This document shows, in pieces, positions 17,811-26,674 of a DNA stretch of 35,601 nucleotides (position 1 is its first letter; each line of letters opens with the position of its first letter). This DNA is from a virus (taxonomy: Duplodnaviria > Caudoviricetes). A program made the translations under genes and the position numbers. Below the pieces are notes generated by a model. It saw nothing but the letters and a program-made list of their open reading frames with translations. It did not search any database and was not told the origin of the DNA. The stretch is from positions 1 to 35,601 of IMG/VR virus record IMGVR_UViG_3300014656_000078, one strand, 5' to 3'.

Positions 17811-20387
17811 ATGACTTTACCCGCAATGGACTTTGAGACGTATTCTGAGGCAGGTTATGTATTCGACGAAAGTTGCGGGTACTTTAAACCGTTAATGAAA
17901 GGTAAACCAGGGATAGCCTGCGTCAACGCCCCGGTTTACGCCGAACATCCGTCGGCACGTGTGATCTCGTTGGCGTATAATCTGCTCGATGGCTGCGGGG
18001 TTCGACTGTGGACTCCGATATCCGGCGGCCCCGTTCCGTTATTCAATTACCTCCAGTCTGGAAATCTGATAGAAGCACATAACTCAGGGTTTGAGTATTA
18101 TATCTGGTTCTATGTCTGTCAGCAACGCATGGGCTGGCCGGAACTGCCGTTACACCAATTGAGATGTTCTGCGGCCAAGGCCAGAGCATGGGGGCTTCCG
18201 GGATCACTGGAGAAGGTGGCAGGTATAGTCACACCTGGTCGGGGTAAAGATCCGAGGGGTAAGAAGCTCATTCAGTTGCTGTCGATACCGAAGAAACCTA
18301 CCAAAGCGTGTTCCGAACTGTACCGTTCGTTCGAGAAGTACCCCGAGTTGCATTACGAGATGTACGAGTATAATGACCAGGATGTTGTGGCGGAACAGGA
18401 TGTGTCATCACGGATGCCAGAGATGTCGGAGTTTGAGACCCGGGTGTGGCTGTTAGACCAGGAGATTAACGTCCGGGGAGTTGCTATTGATCTGGAAGGA
18501 CTGGAAGCGTGTGTCCGTCTATTTCATCTGTCCAGTAATAAATATACTGCTGAATTGCAACGGATTACCGGGGGTGAAGTCCAGACGGTTGATGAAGTGT
18601 CGAAGACATCAGCGGGGGATAAGTGGCTTCAGTCCAGGGGATTTGACTTTCCGAGTCTTGATAAACAGACGGTGGAGGACTCCCTGGAACGGGCCGATCT
18701 CCCACCTGATGTTCGTCGAGTTCTGGAAATCCGCCAAGCTATCGGGGGCGCCGCGGTTAAGAAACTGTTCGCCATGCAGAGGTGTTTAAACAGTGACGGG
18801 CGGATCAGAGACTCGTTCGTATACTGCGGGGCTGAGAGGACCGGGCGGTTTGCGGGGCGCCAGATACAGCCCCAAAATTTTCGGAACGGCGGGCCTGAAG
18901 AAAACGGTATGGAGTGGGGAAACACTCTGGCCGAACGCGCTCTGGTCGATATCCACAATGGGGATCTGGAACAGATAGAGTCTCGGTGGGGGAACGCTAT
19001 TGATCTGATTGGGTCGTGCATGAGATCTTTACTGGTCGCCGGTCCTGGTAAAGAACTGATCTGCTCAGATTACAGTGCCATCGAAGCTGTGGTACTGGCA
19101 GCACTGGCCGGGGAGGAATGGCGCCTGGAGGTCTTCCGGACCCACGGGAAGATATACGAGATGTCCGCTGCTAAAATAACAGGGGTTCCTTTTAAAGATA
19201 TAATGGCTCACGCTGGGTATACTGATTTAGTAACCCCCGGGTGGTGGAAGATCGAACAGACCGGAAAACACCACCCGTTACGTAAAAAAATTGGTAAAAT
19301 AGCGGAATTGGGGTGTTTCGGTCCGGAGACTCCAGTGCTGACCGGGAGAGGGTGGGTTCCGATATCCAGGATAACTGCCGAAGATGTGATCCATGACGGG
19401 GTTACTTTTGTTGGGCATGAGGGGGTGGTTTACAAAGGTCATCGAAAGGTTATAGATCTACACGGGGTATCTGTTACCCCAGACCATAAGTTTTATATCC
19501 GAATCAACTTATGGGAAAATGCTTCGAGGTTATACAACTCTAAAACTTTATTTCAGAAAGCCGTCTCAGTAGCTCACAAAAGTGTCAAAGGTTTTCTTCA
19601 CGTTACTAAACCAGTATTAGACTTTAAGCCACAGTCCGACACATATGATATCCTGAACTGTGGCCCCCGTAACCGTTACGTTATTCTTACAGACCGAGGT
19701 CCTTTGATCGCTCACAACTCAGGATACGGTGGCTGGATTAATGCCTGGCTGAACTTTGGAGCTGGGGCCTTCATGACCGAGGAAGAGATCAAGACTGGCA
19801 TCCTGGCCTGGCGTGAAGCATCCCCAGCTATTGTGGAATTATGGGGCGGGCAGTGGCGGAAGGTTATGGGCAGATGGGAGTTCTACCGGGAGTTCTATGG
19901 GATTGAGGGTATGACTGTCCTTGCGATTGCCAACCCGGGAACGGAATATACTTACCGTGACTTGAAGTTCGGCGTGTTTGGAGACGTTCTGTATATCAGA
20001 TTGCCGTCCGGGCGCTGTCTGTCCTACCACGAACCACGACTGAACGTCGGAACGGACCCCCGGGGGCAGGAAGTCCAGCAGATCTCTTTCATGGGGATGG
20101 ACGGATATACCCACAAGTGGTCGAGAATATTGACACACGGGGCAAAATTGGCGGAAAACATTACGCAGGGGGCTGCCCGCGACATCCTGGCGGCTGCCCT
20201 GGTCAGAGTGAACGCCGCCGGGTATCCGCCGGTACTGCATGTGCATGATGAGATTGTGTCTGAGGTGCCGATAGGTTTCGGCAGTGTGGAAGAGTTCGAG
20301 CAGTTAATGGAAGTCAGAGAGCCGTGGTTCGCAGACTGGCCGATCAGTGCATCCGGCGGTTGGCGTGGGCATCGGTATAGGAAGTGA
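17811..20387 (+). CDS. DNA polymerase family A with 3'-5' exonuclease domain and a mini-intein
   Basis: ExoI DFET, ExoII AHNSGFE, ExoIII YNDQDV; TGRFAG; motif A DYSAIE; motif B R...GKIAELG/SGYGG; motif C VHDEI. Confidence 0.95.
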   Translation: MTLPAMDFETYSEAGYVFDESCGYFKPLMKGKPGIACVNAPVYAEHPSARVISLAYNLLDGCGVRLWTPISGGPVPLFNYLQSGNLIEAHNSGFEYYIWFYVCQQRMGWPELPLHQLRCSAAKARAWGLPGSLEKVAGIVTPGRGKDPRGKKLIQLLSIPKKPTKACSELYRSFEKYPELHYEMYEYNDQDVVAEQDVSSRMPEMSEFETRVWLLDQEINVRGVAIDLEGLEACVRLFHLSSNKYTAELQRITGGEVQTVDEVSKTSAGDKWLQSRGFDFPSLDKQTVEDSLERADLPPDVRRVLEIRQAIGGAAVKKLFAMQRCLNSDGRIRDSFVYCGAERTGRFAGRQIQPQNFRNGGPEENGMEWGNTLAERALVDIHNGDLEQIESRWGNAIDLIGSCMRSLLVAGPGKELICSDYSAIEAVVLAALAGEEWRLEVFRTHGKIYEMSAAKITGVPFKDIMAHAGYTDLVTPGWWKIEQTGKHHPLRKKIGKIAELGCFGPETPVLTGRGWVPISRITAEDVIHDGVTFVGHEGVVYKGHRKVIDLHGVSVTPDHKFYIRINLWENASRLYNSKTLFQKAVSVAHKSVKGFLHVTKPVLDFKPQSDTYDILNCGPRNRYVILTDRGPLIAHNSGYGGWINAWLNFGAGAFMTEEEIKTGILAWREASPAIVELWGGQWRKVMGRWEFYREFYGIEGMTVLAIANPGTEYTYRDLKFGVFGDVLYIRLPSGRCLSYHEPRLNVGTDPRGQEVQQISFMGMDGYTHKWSRILTHGAKLAENITQGAARDILAAALVRVNAAGYPPVLHVHDEIVSEVPIGFGSVEEFEQLMEVREPWFADWPISASGGWRGHRYRK
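19314..19718 (+). mobile_element. Mini-intein (135 aa, no homing endonuclease)
   Basis: Starts CFGPETPVLT (block A), has VTPDH (block B) and TYDI (block F), ends LIAHN followed by a +1 Ser; removing it restores KIAELG-SGYGG. Confidence 0.92.
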
Positions 20388-20391
20388 TGAT

Positions 20392-20571
20392 ATGTCAGCA
20401 GCAGATTATTATTTATGTGATGTTTGTGGAGATAAAACTTTTTATGATGCAGGTTTAGACTATGACAAGGACGGACTGGTCAGAGTCGGGGCGATGGTAG
20501 TCCTGTGCGAGTTCTGTAGCAAAAAATACGAGATTCATATAGTCTCTAAGGATGTGGGAGAAATATCGTGA
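20392..20571 (+). CDS. Small CxxC...CxxC metal-binding protein
   Basis: CDVC and CEFC. Confidence 0.6.
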   Translation: MSAADYYLCDVCGDKTFYDAGLDYDKDGLVRVGAMVVLCEFCSKKYEIHIVSKDVGEIS

Positions 20572-20780
20572 TTAAAAACTGGCAAGACAAACCGACAGAA
20601 GACGGGTATTGGCTGATATTAGACAGATGGCGTGGAATTCCAGAGACTGTAATACTGAGTGGTTTCGGGACATTAAATCCGGTTGTAAAGCGGACAAGGC
20701 CGAATGTAAGAATAACTCGATCCGGGTTCTTGAAAAACGCCAAGTGGGCGGGTCCTATCCAACTATTGGAAAATATATGA
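20568..20780 (+). CDS. Hypothetical protein
   Basis: WQDKPTEDGYW...WAGPI; coupled overlaps at both ends. Confidence 0.6.
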   Translation: MIKNWQDKPTEDGYWLILDRWRGIPETVILSGFGTLNPVVKRTRPNVRITRSGFLKNAKWAGPIQLLENI

Positions 20781-21547
20781 ACACACTGTTATACGGCGAT
20801 TGCCTGGAAGTAATGAAAGATATTCCTGATGGAAGTATTGATTTAGTTGTGACATCGCCTCCTTACGACAATTTACGGAATTATAATGACAGCCTGGAAT
20901 GGGGTGAACACGTCTGGAAGCCTGTTATCCAAGATCTATTTCGTGTCATTTCTGAAGGTGGTGTTGTGGTTTGGGTCGTAAATGACGCCACAATCAAAGG
21001 GTCTGAAACAGGCACCAGCTTCCGACAGGCACTACACTTCATGTCTGTTGGGTTCAATTTGCATGATACTATGATTTGGGTGAAAGATGGAGGGGGTGCA
21101 GTTGGCTCCAATAAATGTTACACCCAGAATTTTGAGTATGTGTTTGTGTTAAGCAAAGGTGCACCGAAGTCTTTCAACCTTATAAAAGACAAACCTAATA
21201 AATCATACGGGGTTGACAAATCAGGTATAGGGCGAAGGCTCCCCAACGGGGAGCATAAGGTCGAGACAAGAAAACCAGCTTCTGAACATAGCAAGAGAAA
21301 TAATTGGTGGTATTGCCCACCAGAGCGTGGCGATCACCCAGCAGTCTTCCCCGAAAAATTAGCCAACGACCACATTGTGTCCTGGTCGAACGAAAACGAT
21401 ACAGTCCTCGATCCGTTCATGGGCTCAGGCACCACAGGGGTAGCCTGCGCCAACCTGAATCGGAACTTCATCGGTATTGAGAAAGACAACGACTATTATA
21501 TGATAGCACACAACAGGATCGGCGGAGACATCCAGTATACACTATAG
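20777..21547 (+). CDS. DNA amino-methyltransferase, beta class (probably N4-cytosine)
   Basis: GDCLEVM, VTSPPY (motif IV), HPAVFP, VLDPFMGSGTT (motif I) and IGIE; start at ATG 20777. Confidence 0.93.
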   Translation: MNTLLYGDCLEVMKDIPDGSIDLVVTSPPYDNLRNYNDSLEWGEHVWKPVIQDLFRVISEGGVVVWVVNDATIKGSETGTSFRQALHFMSVGFNLHDTMIWVKDGGGAVGSNKCYTQNFEYVFVLSKGAPKSFNLIKDKPNKSYGVDKSGIGRRLPNGEHKVETRKPASEHSKRNNWWYCPPERGDHPAVFPEKLANDHIVSWSNENDTVLDPFMGSGTTGVACANLNRNFIGIEKDNDYYMIAHNRIGGDIQYTL

Positions 21548-21600
21548 CTATCGAACCTATAGCCAAAATCAATTGGACTTTCAGGGCTGGATATTATACT
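21537..21600 (+). promoter_or_regulatory. Promoter with four-tetramer operator box (box 2)
   Basis: ATAC-N7-CTAT-N7-ATAG-N7-CAAT-TGGACT, TATACT at 21595-21600, then AACGGGAGG RBS as at box 1. Confidence 0.72.
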
Positions 21601-21637
21601 GATACACTACGATTTAACAGTAACGGGAGGAAATAAA

Positions 21638-22312
21638 ATGCCGAACCACATTACGAATAAATTTACCCCTGTTGGAAAAGAAGAAGCTGTTCTTGAATTT
21701 CTCAAACAAGTATCCACAGATGACAGGGCTATCGATTTTAATAAGATTGTCGAAATGCCAGAAAGTTTACAGGTTGAAGACAGCTCTCTTGGGGATCTCG
21801 GGCTATTTCATTTATACGGAATGAAAAGACATGGATATTACCCTCTCTCAGATGGTGAGTTGTTCAGGAGATTTGAAGAACTGTCAGAAGAGATGAAAAT
21901 AGAGGCTGACAAGATAGGAAAAGCCTATAAATCAAATATGGAGGAGCATGGCTACAGAACGTGGTACGATTGGGCGAATGATAACTGGGGTACAAAATGG
22001 AACGCATACTCTACTCGTGTCGAAGATGACAGCATATATTTTGATACTGCATGGTCTGGTGTCCCTGATCTAATATGTAAATTATCATTGAAATTTCCGG
22101 ATCTTGGTTTCGAGTATTCTTGGGCTGACGAAGATACCGGGAGCAACACTGGTCGGATGAAAATTTACAACGGAGAGATCGTCGAGGACACAAGCCCTGA
22201 AAACTCATCAAAAGAAGCGTATGAACTGGCTTTTGAGCTTACTGACGCCAAGAAGTATTATGCTTGGAATGAAGAGGCCGGGCAGTACGAATACGTCGAA
22301 GACGAGGAGTAA
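21638..22312 (+). CDS. DUF1281 / YubB-like ferredoxin-fold protein
   Basis: MPNHITN, DFNKIV.MP, WYDWANDNWGTKWNA, FDTAWS and WADED.GSN.G signature. Confidence 0.8.
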   Translation: MPNHITNKFTPVGKEEAVLEFLKQVSTDDRAIDFNKIVEMPESLQVEDSSLGDLGLFHLYGMKRHGYYPLSDGELFRRFEELSEEMKIEADKIGKAYKSNMEEHGYRTWYDWANDNWGTKWNAYSTRVEDDSIYFDTAWSGVPDLICKLSLKFPDLGFEYSWADEDTGSNTGRMKIYNGEIVEDTSPENSSKEAYELAFELTDAKKYYAWNEEAGQYEYVEDEE

Positions 22313-22317
22313 CGATT

Positions 22318-22500
22318 ATGAATCTAATAAGCTGTAAGCAATGCGGGGTTGTTCTGGATAAAGACCAGTTGGAATTTCCGGATATCGAGGACGACAATGG
22401 GGATTATATCGACGGTCTGTGGATGTGGGACCATGACTTAGGGTTTTTCTCTAAACTACCATGCCCTGTATGTAAGGGTGATATACCAGAGAAGGAATAG
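22318..22500 (+). CDS. Small zinc-ribbon protein
   Basis: CKQCG...CPVC. Confidence 0.65.
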   Translation: MNLISCKQCGVVLDKDQLEFPDIEDDNGDYIDGLWMWDHDLGFFSKLPCPVCKGDIPEKE

Positions 22501-22502
22501 AT

Positions 22503-22649
22503 ATGGACGTAGAATATATTTACTGCCCAAGCTGTGGGTACGAAGATTATGTTGTCTATTCAGCAACCTACGCCAATGGTGACTTTTTTATCTGCCCTGG
22601 ATGTGGGGAAGAAACATCCCATGTTGAGGTGGGTGAGGAGGGTTTTTGA
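22503..22649 (+). CDS. Small zinc-ribbon protein (48 aa; not in ORF track)
   Basis: MDVEYIYCPSCGYEDYVVYSATYANGDFFICPGCGEETSHVEVGEEGF. Confidence 0.65.
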   Translation: MDVEYIYCPSCGYEDYVVYSATYANGDFFICPGCGEETSHVEVGEEGF

Positions 22650-22650
22650 T

Positions 22651-22983
22651 ATGTCTGATTACTTGAAATATAGAGGTAAATGTAAAGAGATGTGCGAAGC
22701 TGCAATCTCAGAGGACCCAACTCTTACCCTCGTTCGAGGTCATTACTTTGAGCCTATGTGGAATAGCGAAGAACAGCACTGGTGGACTGTCAGAACTGAC
22801 GGAACAATCTTCGATCCATCTGTAAAACAATTCCCGTCGAGAGGATCTGGTATCTATACTGAGTTCAACGGATTTGTAACCTGTGAAGAATGTGGAAAAA
22901 CTATGGAAGAAAAAGACGCTCAAGCAATGGGGAATTACATGGTCTGCTCTACAAAATGTGCGATGCGTCTGGTCGGGCTCTGA
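22651..22983 (+). CDS. Cys-rich hypothetical phage protein
   Basis: GAGGAGG RBS; GKC...HWW...IFDP, CEECG and CSTKC. Confidence 0.7.
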   Translation: MSDYLKYRGKCKEMCEAAISEDPTLTLVRGHYFEPMWNSEEQHWWTVRTDGTIFDPSVKQFPSRGSGIYTEFNGFVTCEECGKTMEEKDAQAMGNYMVCSTKCAMRLVGL

Positions 22984-22986
22984 TAA

Positions 22987-24618
22987 ATGACAGACAGACC
23001 ATACCAAATAACCATAGGTGATGACATCGATGCTGCCTGGGCTGACGGCGCTCAGAACGTATGTGCTACCTTGCCCTGCGGTGGTGGAAAAACCTACGTC
23101 TTCTCTAAGAAGCTGAAACGCAACACTGGCGTGTCTTTCGCTATCGCCCACCGGCAGGAACTGGTGAGCCAGATGTCATTCACCCTGGCAAAACAGGGGG
23201 TGGTTCACAGCCTCCAGGCATCGGCCAGTCTCTGCAAATATATAATAACGGAGCAAATCCGCAGGTTCGGGCGGCGCTATGAGTCACCGAACGCCAACTG
23301 TATTGTAGCGGGGGTTAAGACCCTGCTGAACCGGCAGAAGGTGCTGAAACCGATGATAGACCGGGCGTCACTGTGGGTAACTGATGAGTGTCATCACGTA
23401 GCTGGCGGTAACGAGTGGATGCAGGCTGTCGGCCTGTTCCCTGAGACCTGCCGGGGACTGGGAGTTACTGCCACCCCGGAACGGGCAGATGGGCAGGGTA
23501 TCGGGCGGTCAGCTTCCGGGGTATTCGATGTGCTGGTGAGCGGCCCAGGTATGCGAGAGCTTATAAACGCGGGGTATCTCACAGACTACCGAGTATTCAG
23601 TCCGTCATCGAACATAGATCTGACAGGGCTAAAGGTCGGCAAGTCGGGGGATTACAGCAAGCCGAAACTGACCGCTGCTGTCCGTCGATCCCCTATCGTT
23701 GGAGATGTGGTTAAGAGCTACCTCCGGTTTGCTCCCGGTAAGATAGGAGTTACGTTCGTTCCGGACGTTCAGACAGCAAAGGATATAGCCTCCTCTTATA
23801 CCGCCTCTGGAGTACCAGCACGGGTGGTTCATGCAGGAACTCCCGACCGAGAACGCTATAAGTCCATTGAGATGCTCACACGGGGGGATCTGAAAGAGCT
23901 TGTAAACGTCGATATCTTTGGGGAAGGGTTTGATCTCCCTGCAATTGAAGTGGTCAGTTTAGCCCGTCCGACAGCCTCATACAATCTTCATGTTCAGCAA
24001 TTTGGAAGAGGTTTACGTATTATGGACGGGAAGAAATACGCCATAATCATAGATCATGTTGGAAATATCCATCCTCGCCATGGCCTCCCAGATAAGTTCC
24101 GCGAATGGTCTCTGGAAGGCTCCCGTGCCACCAAACGCAAGGATGAAGATTTAATACCGACAAGAGTGTGCAGGGAGTGCCTGGGCACGTACGAATCTTA
24201 CGAGAGAGATTGCCCGTACTGCGGGTGGCAATATGTTACTCAGGGTAACGCTACGATTGAAATGGTCGAGGGGGATCTGAGTGAGATAGATCCCGCGGTA
24301 CTGGCAGCAATGCGGGGTGAGGTAGCCCGGGTGGATGCTCCGGACTATGAAGTCGGTGAGAAACTGAGACACGCCGGGGCGCCACCGGCCGCCGTGATGG
24401 GGGCTATGAAAAACCACCGGCTGAGACAGGAAGCACAGACAGAACTGCGGGAGATGATAGCCACATGGTGTGGATACCAACGCGCCGCCGGTCAGTCCGA
24501 CTCAGTTATTATGATGAGATTTTACCGCACGTTCGGAACAGACATACTGTCAGCCCAGGCTCTGGGTCGCCCGGAGGCGGAGGCGCTGACAGAACGAATA
24601 GAGGAGAGAGTTCGATGA
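22987..24618 (+). CDS. SF2 DEAD/DEAH-box helicase with C-terminal Zn ribbon
   Basis: RPYQ, PCGGGKT, DECHH, TATP, EGFDLP, QQFGRGLR and CREC..CPYC. Confidence 0.93.
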   Translation: MTDRPYQITIGDDIDAAWADGAQNVCATLPCGGGKTYVFSKKLKRNTGVSFAIAHRQELVSQMSFTLAKQGVVHSLQASASLCKYIITEQIRRFGRRYESPNANCIVAGVKTLLNRQKVLKPMIDRASLWVTDECHHVAGGNEWMQAVGLFPETCRGLGVTATPERADGQGIGRSASGVFDVLVSGPGMRELINAGYLTDYRVFSPSSNIDLTGLKVGKSGDYSKPKLTAAVRRSPIVGDVVKSYLRFAPGKIGVTFVPDVQTAKDIASSYTASGVPARVVHAGTPDRERYKSIEMLTRGDLKELVNVDIFGEGFDLPAIEVVSLARPTASYNLHVQQFGRGLRIMDGKKYAIIIDHVGNIHPRHGLPDKFREWSLEGSRATKRKDEDLIPTRVCRECLGTYESYERDCPYCGWQYVTQGNATIEMVEGDLSEIDPAVLAAMRGEVARVDAPDYEVGEKLRHAGAPPAAVMGAMKNHRLRQEAQTELREMIATWCGYQRAAGQSDSVIMMRFYRTFGTDILSAQALGRPEAEALTERIEERVR

Positions 24619-24992
24619 GATGTTCATGTGAAATAAATGGTTGTTGTGAAGAAGAGTACGAAGAGTGGGAAGAAAAACTTCTCACGCACGAATCACCGTC
24701 TGTAATCATCACATGTGGTGAATGTGGCAAAGAGATCCAGATCGGGGAGAAATTTGAATGGTATCGGGGAGAATATGAAGATGAAACCCATGTCCACCAT
24801 ACCTGCATGGACTGTTTGTCTCTCAGGGAAAACTTCTTTGGCGATTGGACATTTGAAAGGCTTTGGGAGGATTTCTATCAACACATGGATGATTGTGGTT
24901 GGAAAATACCGGAAGTTTGTCTTTCCAAGGTCACACCAACGACCCGATCTAAAATATGTGAAAGCATTGAAGATTCTTGGGACGTTATCTAA
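24615..24992 (+). CDS. Cys-rich hypothetical protein
   Basis: CSC, CGECG..I..GE and TCMDC. Confidence 0.65.
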   Translation: MRCSCEINGCCEEEYEEWEEKLLTHESPSVIITCGECGKEIQIGEKFEWYRGEYEDETHVHHTCMDCLSLRENFFGDWTFERLWEDFYQHMDDCGWKIPEVCLSKVTPTTRSKICESIEDSWDVI

Positions 24993-25052
24993 AAAACCTA
25001 TCAGACCTATCAGATTAATCAATTGGACAATTCTGACGGACTGGAATAAGCT
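24987..25052 (+). promoter_or_regulatory. Promoter with four-tetramer operator box (box 3)
   Basis: ATCT-N7-CTAT-N7-ATCA-N7-CAAT-TGGACA-17-TAAGCT, then GGGAGG RBS. Confidence 0.72.
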
Positions 25053-25078
25053 ATTTTAACTTTAACTGGGAGGGTGTT

Positions 25079-25519
25079 ATGAATAAAATGGACAGAGAAT
25101 ACTTAGAGAGACGGGTGGACGGGATTGTTAAATGCACCAACGGTACTATTGCTACAATATTTAACAAACAGAAAAAAGGAACAGGTCTGACTGATAATAA
25201 GAAATACAAACTTATTGCTTCTGGAGAAGCTAAGGTCAAAGAGTTGAACGAAATTGTCAACAAAGAAAAATATTATGGTGATTCGCAATTCAAGATTCTG
25301 TTAGACTGCTTTGACTACCCCACTACAGCTTCTCAACTGGAAAAGATAGCTTTTAATAAAACCATAGATAATCAGGCCGAAGAGTTAATGCAGGAAGTGA
25401 CTCTCGAAGGTAAACGACTTATTGACAAAGTTGTTTTAGGTATATTACCTATGAACGACGTGCCGGATGCTCTCCACGCTTTAGGCGAGATGGCTTCCCT
25501 GGCGAGGAGAACAATATGA
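25079..25519 (+). CDS. Hypothetical protein
   Basis: 146 aa, good RBS, first gene after box 3. Confidence 0.7.
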   Translation: MNKMDREYLERRVDGIVKCTNGTIATIFNKQKKGTGLTDNKKYKLIASGEAKVKELNEIVNKEKYYGDSQFKILLDCFDYPTTASQLEKIAFNKTIDNQAEELMQEVTLEGKRLIDKVVLGILPMNDVPDALHALGEMASLARRTI

Positions 25520-25710
25520 AACCAAAACAACTGGACGCTGAAAAACGCGGAGTAGTCGACAGCAATATCTATGCTGCTGTTATGGAAGCCAATCAGCACG
25601 TCAAGCAAAACTGCGCCCACATGAACGTATACCAGCGGAATACCGCCTGGAACATCGCGTACCATGAGGCTATGGATCGGATGTGTAAAATGGACGGTGT
25701 GAGGGTATGA
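25516..25710 (+). CDS. Hypothetical protein
   Basis: GAGGAG RBS; ATGA coupling. Confidence 0.6.
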   Translation: MKPKQLDAEKRGVVDSNIYAAVMEANQHVKQNCAHMNVYQRNTAWNIAYHEAMDRMCKMDGVRV

Positions 25711-25931
25711 GTATTTTAGATACCGAAGAGCAGATGAGAGTCGTTGCGGATTTACTGTCAATGCAGTTTCCTGAAATGGGTTTCGCGCTGATAATATTCC
25801 CGTTTGAAAACCCTGGAGTATCAAATTATATTTCAAATGGTGATCGTGATGGGATGATTGAAGCTCTGAGAGAAACTGCTGACAGATTAGAGAAAAACGA
25901 GGTAATACCAGCGATACAAGGGAGGGCTTAA
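25707..25931 (+). CDS. Hypothetical protein
   Basis: GFALIIFPF...NYISNGDR..MIEAL; translationally coupled. Confidence 0.65.
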   Translation: MSILDTEEQMRVVADLLSMQFPEMGFALIIFPFENPGVSNYISNGDRDGMIEALRETADRLEKNEVIPAIQGRA

Positions 25932-26227
25932 TGGACACATCTGGAAGAATTAGATATTTACAAATGGAAGACGCCCCAAAAGATTGGGACGGGTTCGTAG
26001 AGGATTGGAGACGACCTTCTACTAAATTTGAAGCGATGAAGTTGATTGGGAAGGAACTCAAAAGAAATGAGATCCCACTTAAAAACTCCGAAGCTGAAAA
26101 GCTGAGAAGAATGTCCATCCCTAAACGTAAAAACTGGATGCGCAATCATAGCTGTCCTTGCGGATCAGGTAAGAAAATGAAAAGGTGCTGTTGGTCCAAA
26201 CTGGCACTGGGCGGGGTGAGGGTATGA
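25931..26227 (+). CDS. SEC-C motif-containing protein
   Basis: RNHSCPCGSGKKMKRCC. Confidence 0.8.
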   Translation: MDTSGRIRYLQMEDAPKDWDGFVEDWRRPSTKFEAMKLIGKELKRNEIPLKNSEAEKLRRMSIPKRKNWMRNHSCPCGSGKKMKRCCWSKLALGGVRV

Positions 26228-26397
26228 GCATTGACGCGGTAGGGGAAGTCGTATACCGTAAGTACCTTGCCCGCCTGAAGAAACTCAGGGACCGGAGCGC
26301 CATGACACTGGATGAACGCCGGGAGTTGCTGATAAACACTATAATACGGGAGAAACTGAAGTATGATCTTAGAAAACTGGATAGAGAAACACGTTAA
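26224..26397 (+). CDS. Hypothetical basic protein
   Basis: ATGA coupling; 57 aa. Confidence 0.5.
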   Translation: MSIDAVGEVVYRKYLARLKKLRDRSAMTLDERRELLINTIIREKLKYDLRKLDRETR

Positions 26398-26674
26398 ATG
26401 GTCGCAGGAGACCTTCGGTCCTGGGTGTGATGATAATGGTATCATTGACCACATCGAACGGGAACTGGTAGAGATTATCCATGCTCCAGGTGATCTGGAA
26501 GAGTGGATTGATGTTATAATCCTTGCGATTGATGGCGCCACCAGGAACGGCCACTCACCGGCGGAAATCACGACGTGCCTGGAGATGAAACGAATCAAGA
26601 ACGCTCAGCGCGAGTGGAATCCGGTAGTTCCTGGCAGGGCAACTGAGCACGTTCGGGCCGGAGGTGGGTTATGA
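26363..26674 (+). CDS. DUF550-like dATP/dGTP pyrophosphohydrolase (MazG-like fold)
   Basis: WSQETFGPG...IDHIERELVE...DLEEWIDVIILAIDG...K..KN..REW. Confidence 0.82.
   Translation: MILENWIEKHVKWSQETFGPGCDDNGIIDHIERELVEIIHAPGDLEEWIDVIILAIDGATRNGHSPAEITTCLEMKRIKNAQREWNPVVPGRATEHVRAGGGL

Noticed and set aside
20609-20776. N-terminal extension of the methyltransferase
   Set aside because: It overlaps ORF 20568-20780. The MTase fold begins at ATG 20777, which is coupled to that stop.
20777-21547. Restriction-modification system
   Set aside because: No adjacent restriction endonuclease is seen. Orphan methyltransferases are common in phages.
25372-26145. 257-aa minus-strand ORF
   Set aside because: It is antisense to four coupled plus-strand genes with good RBSs and has no recognisable motifs.
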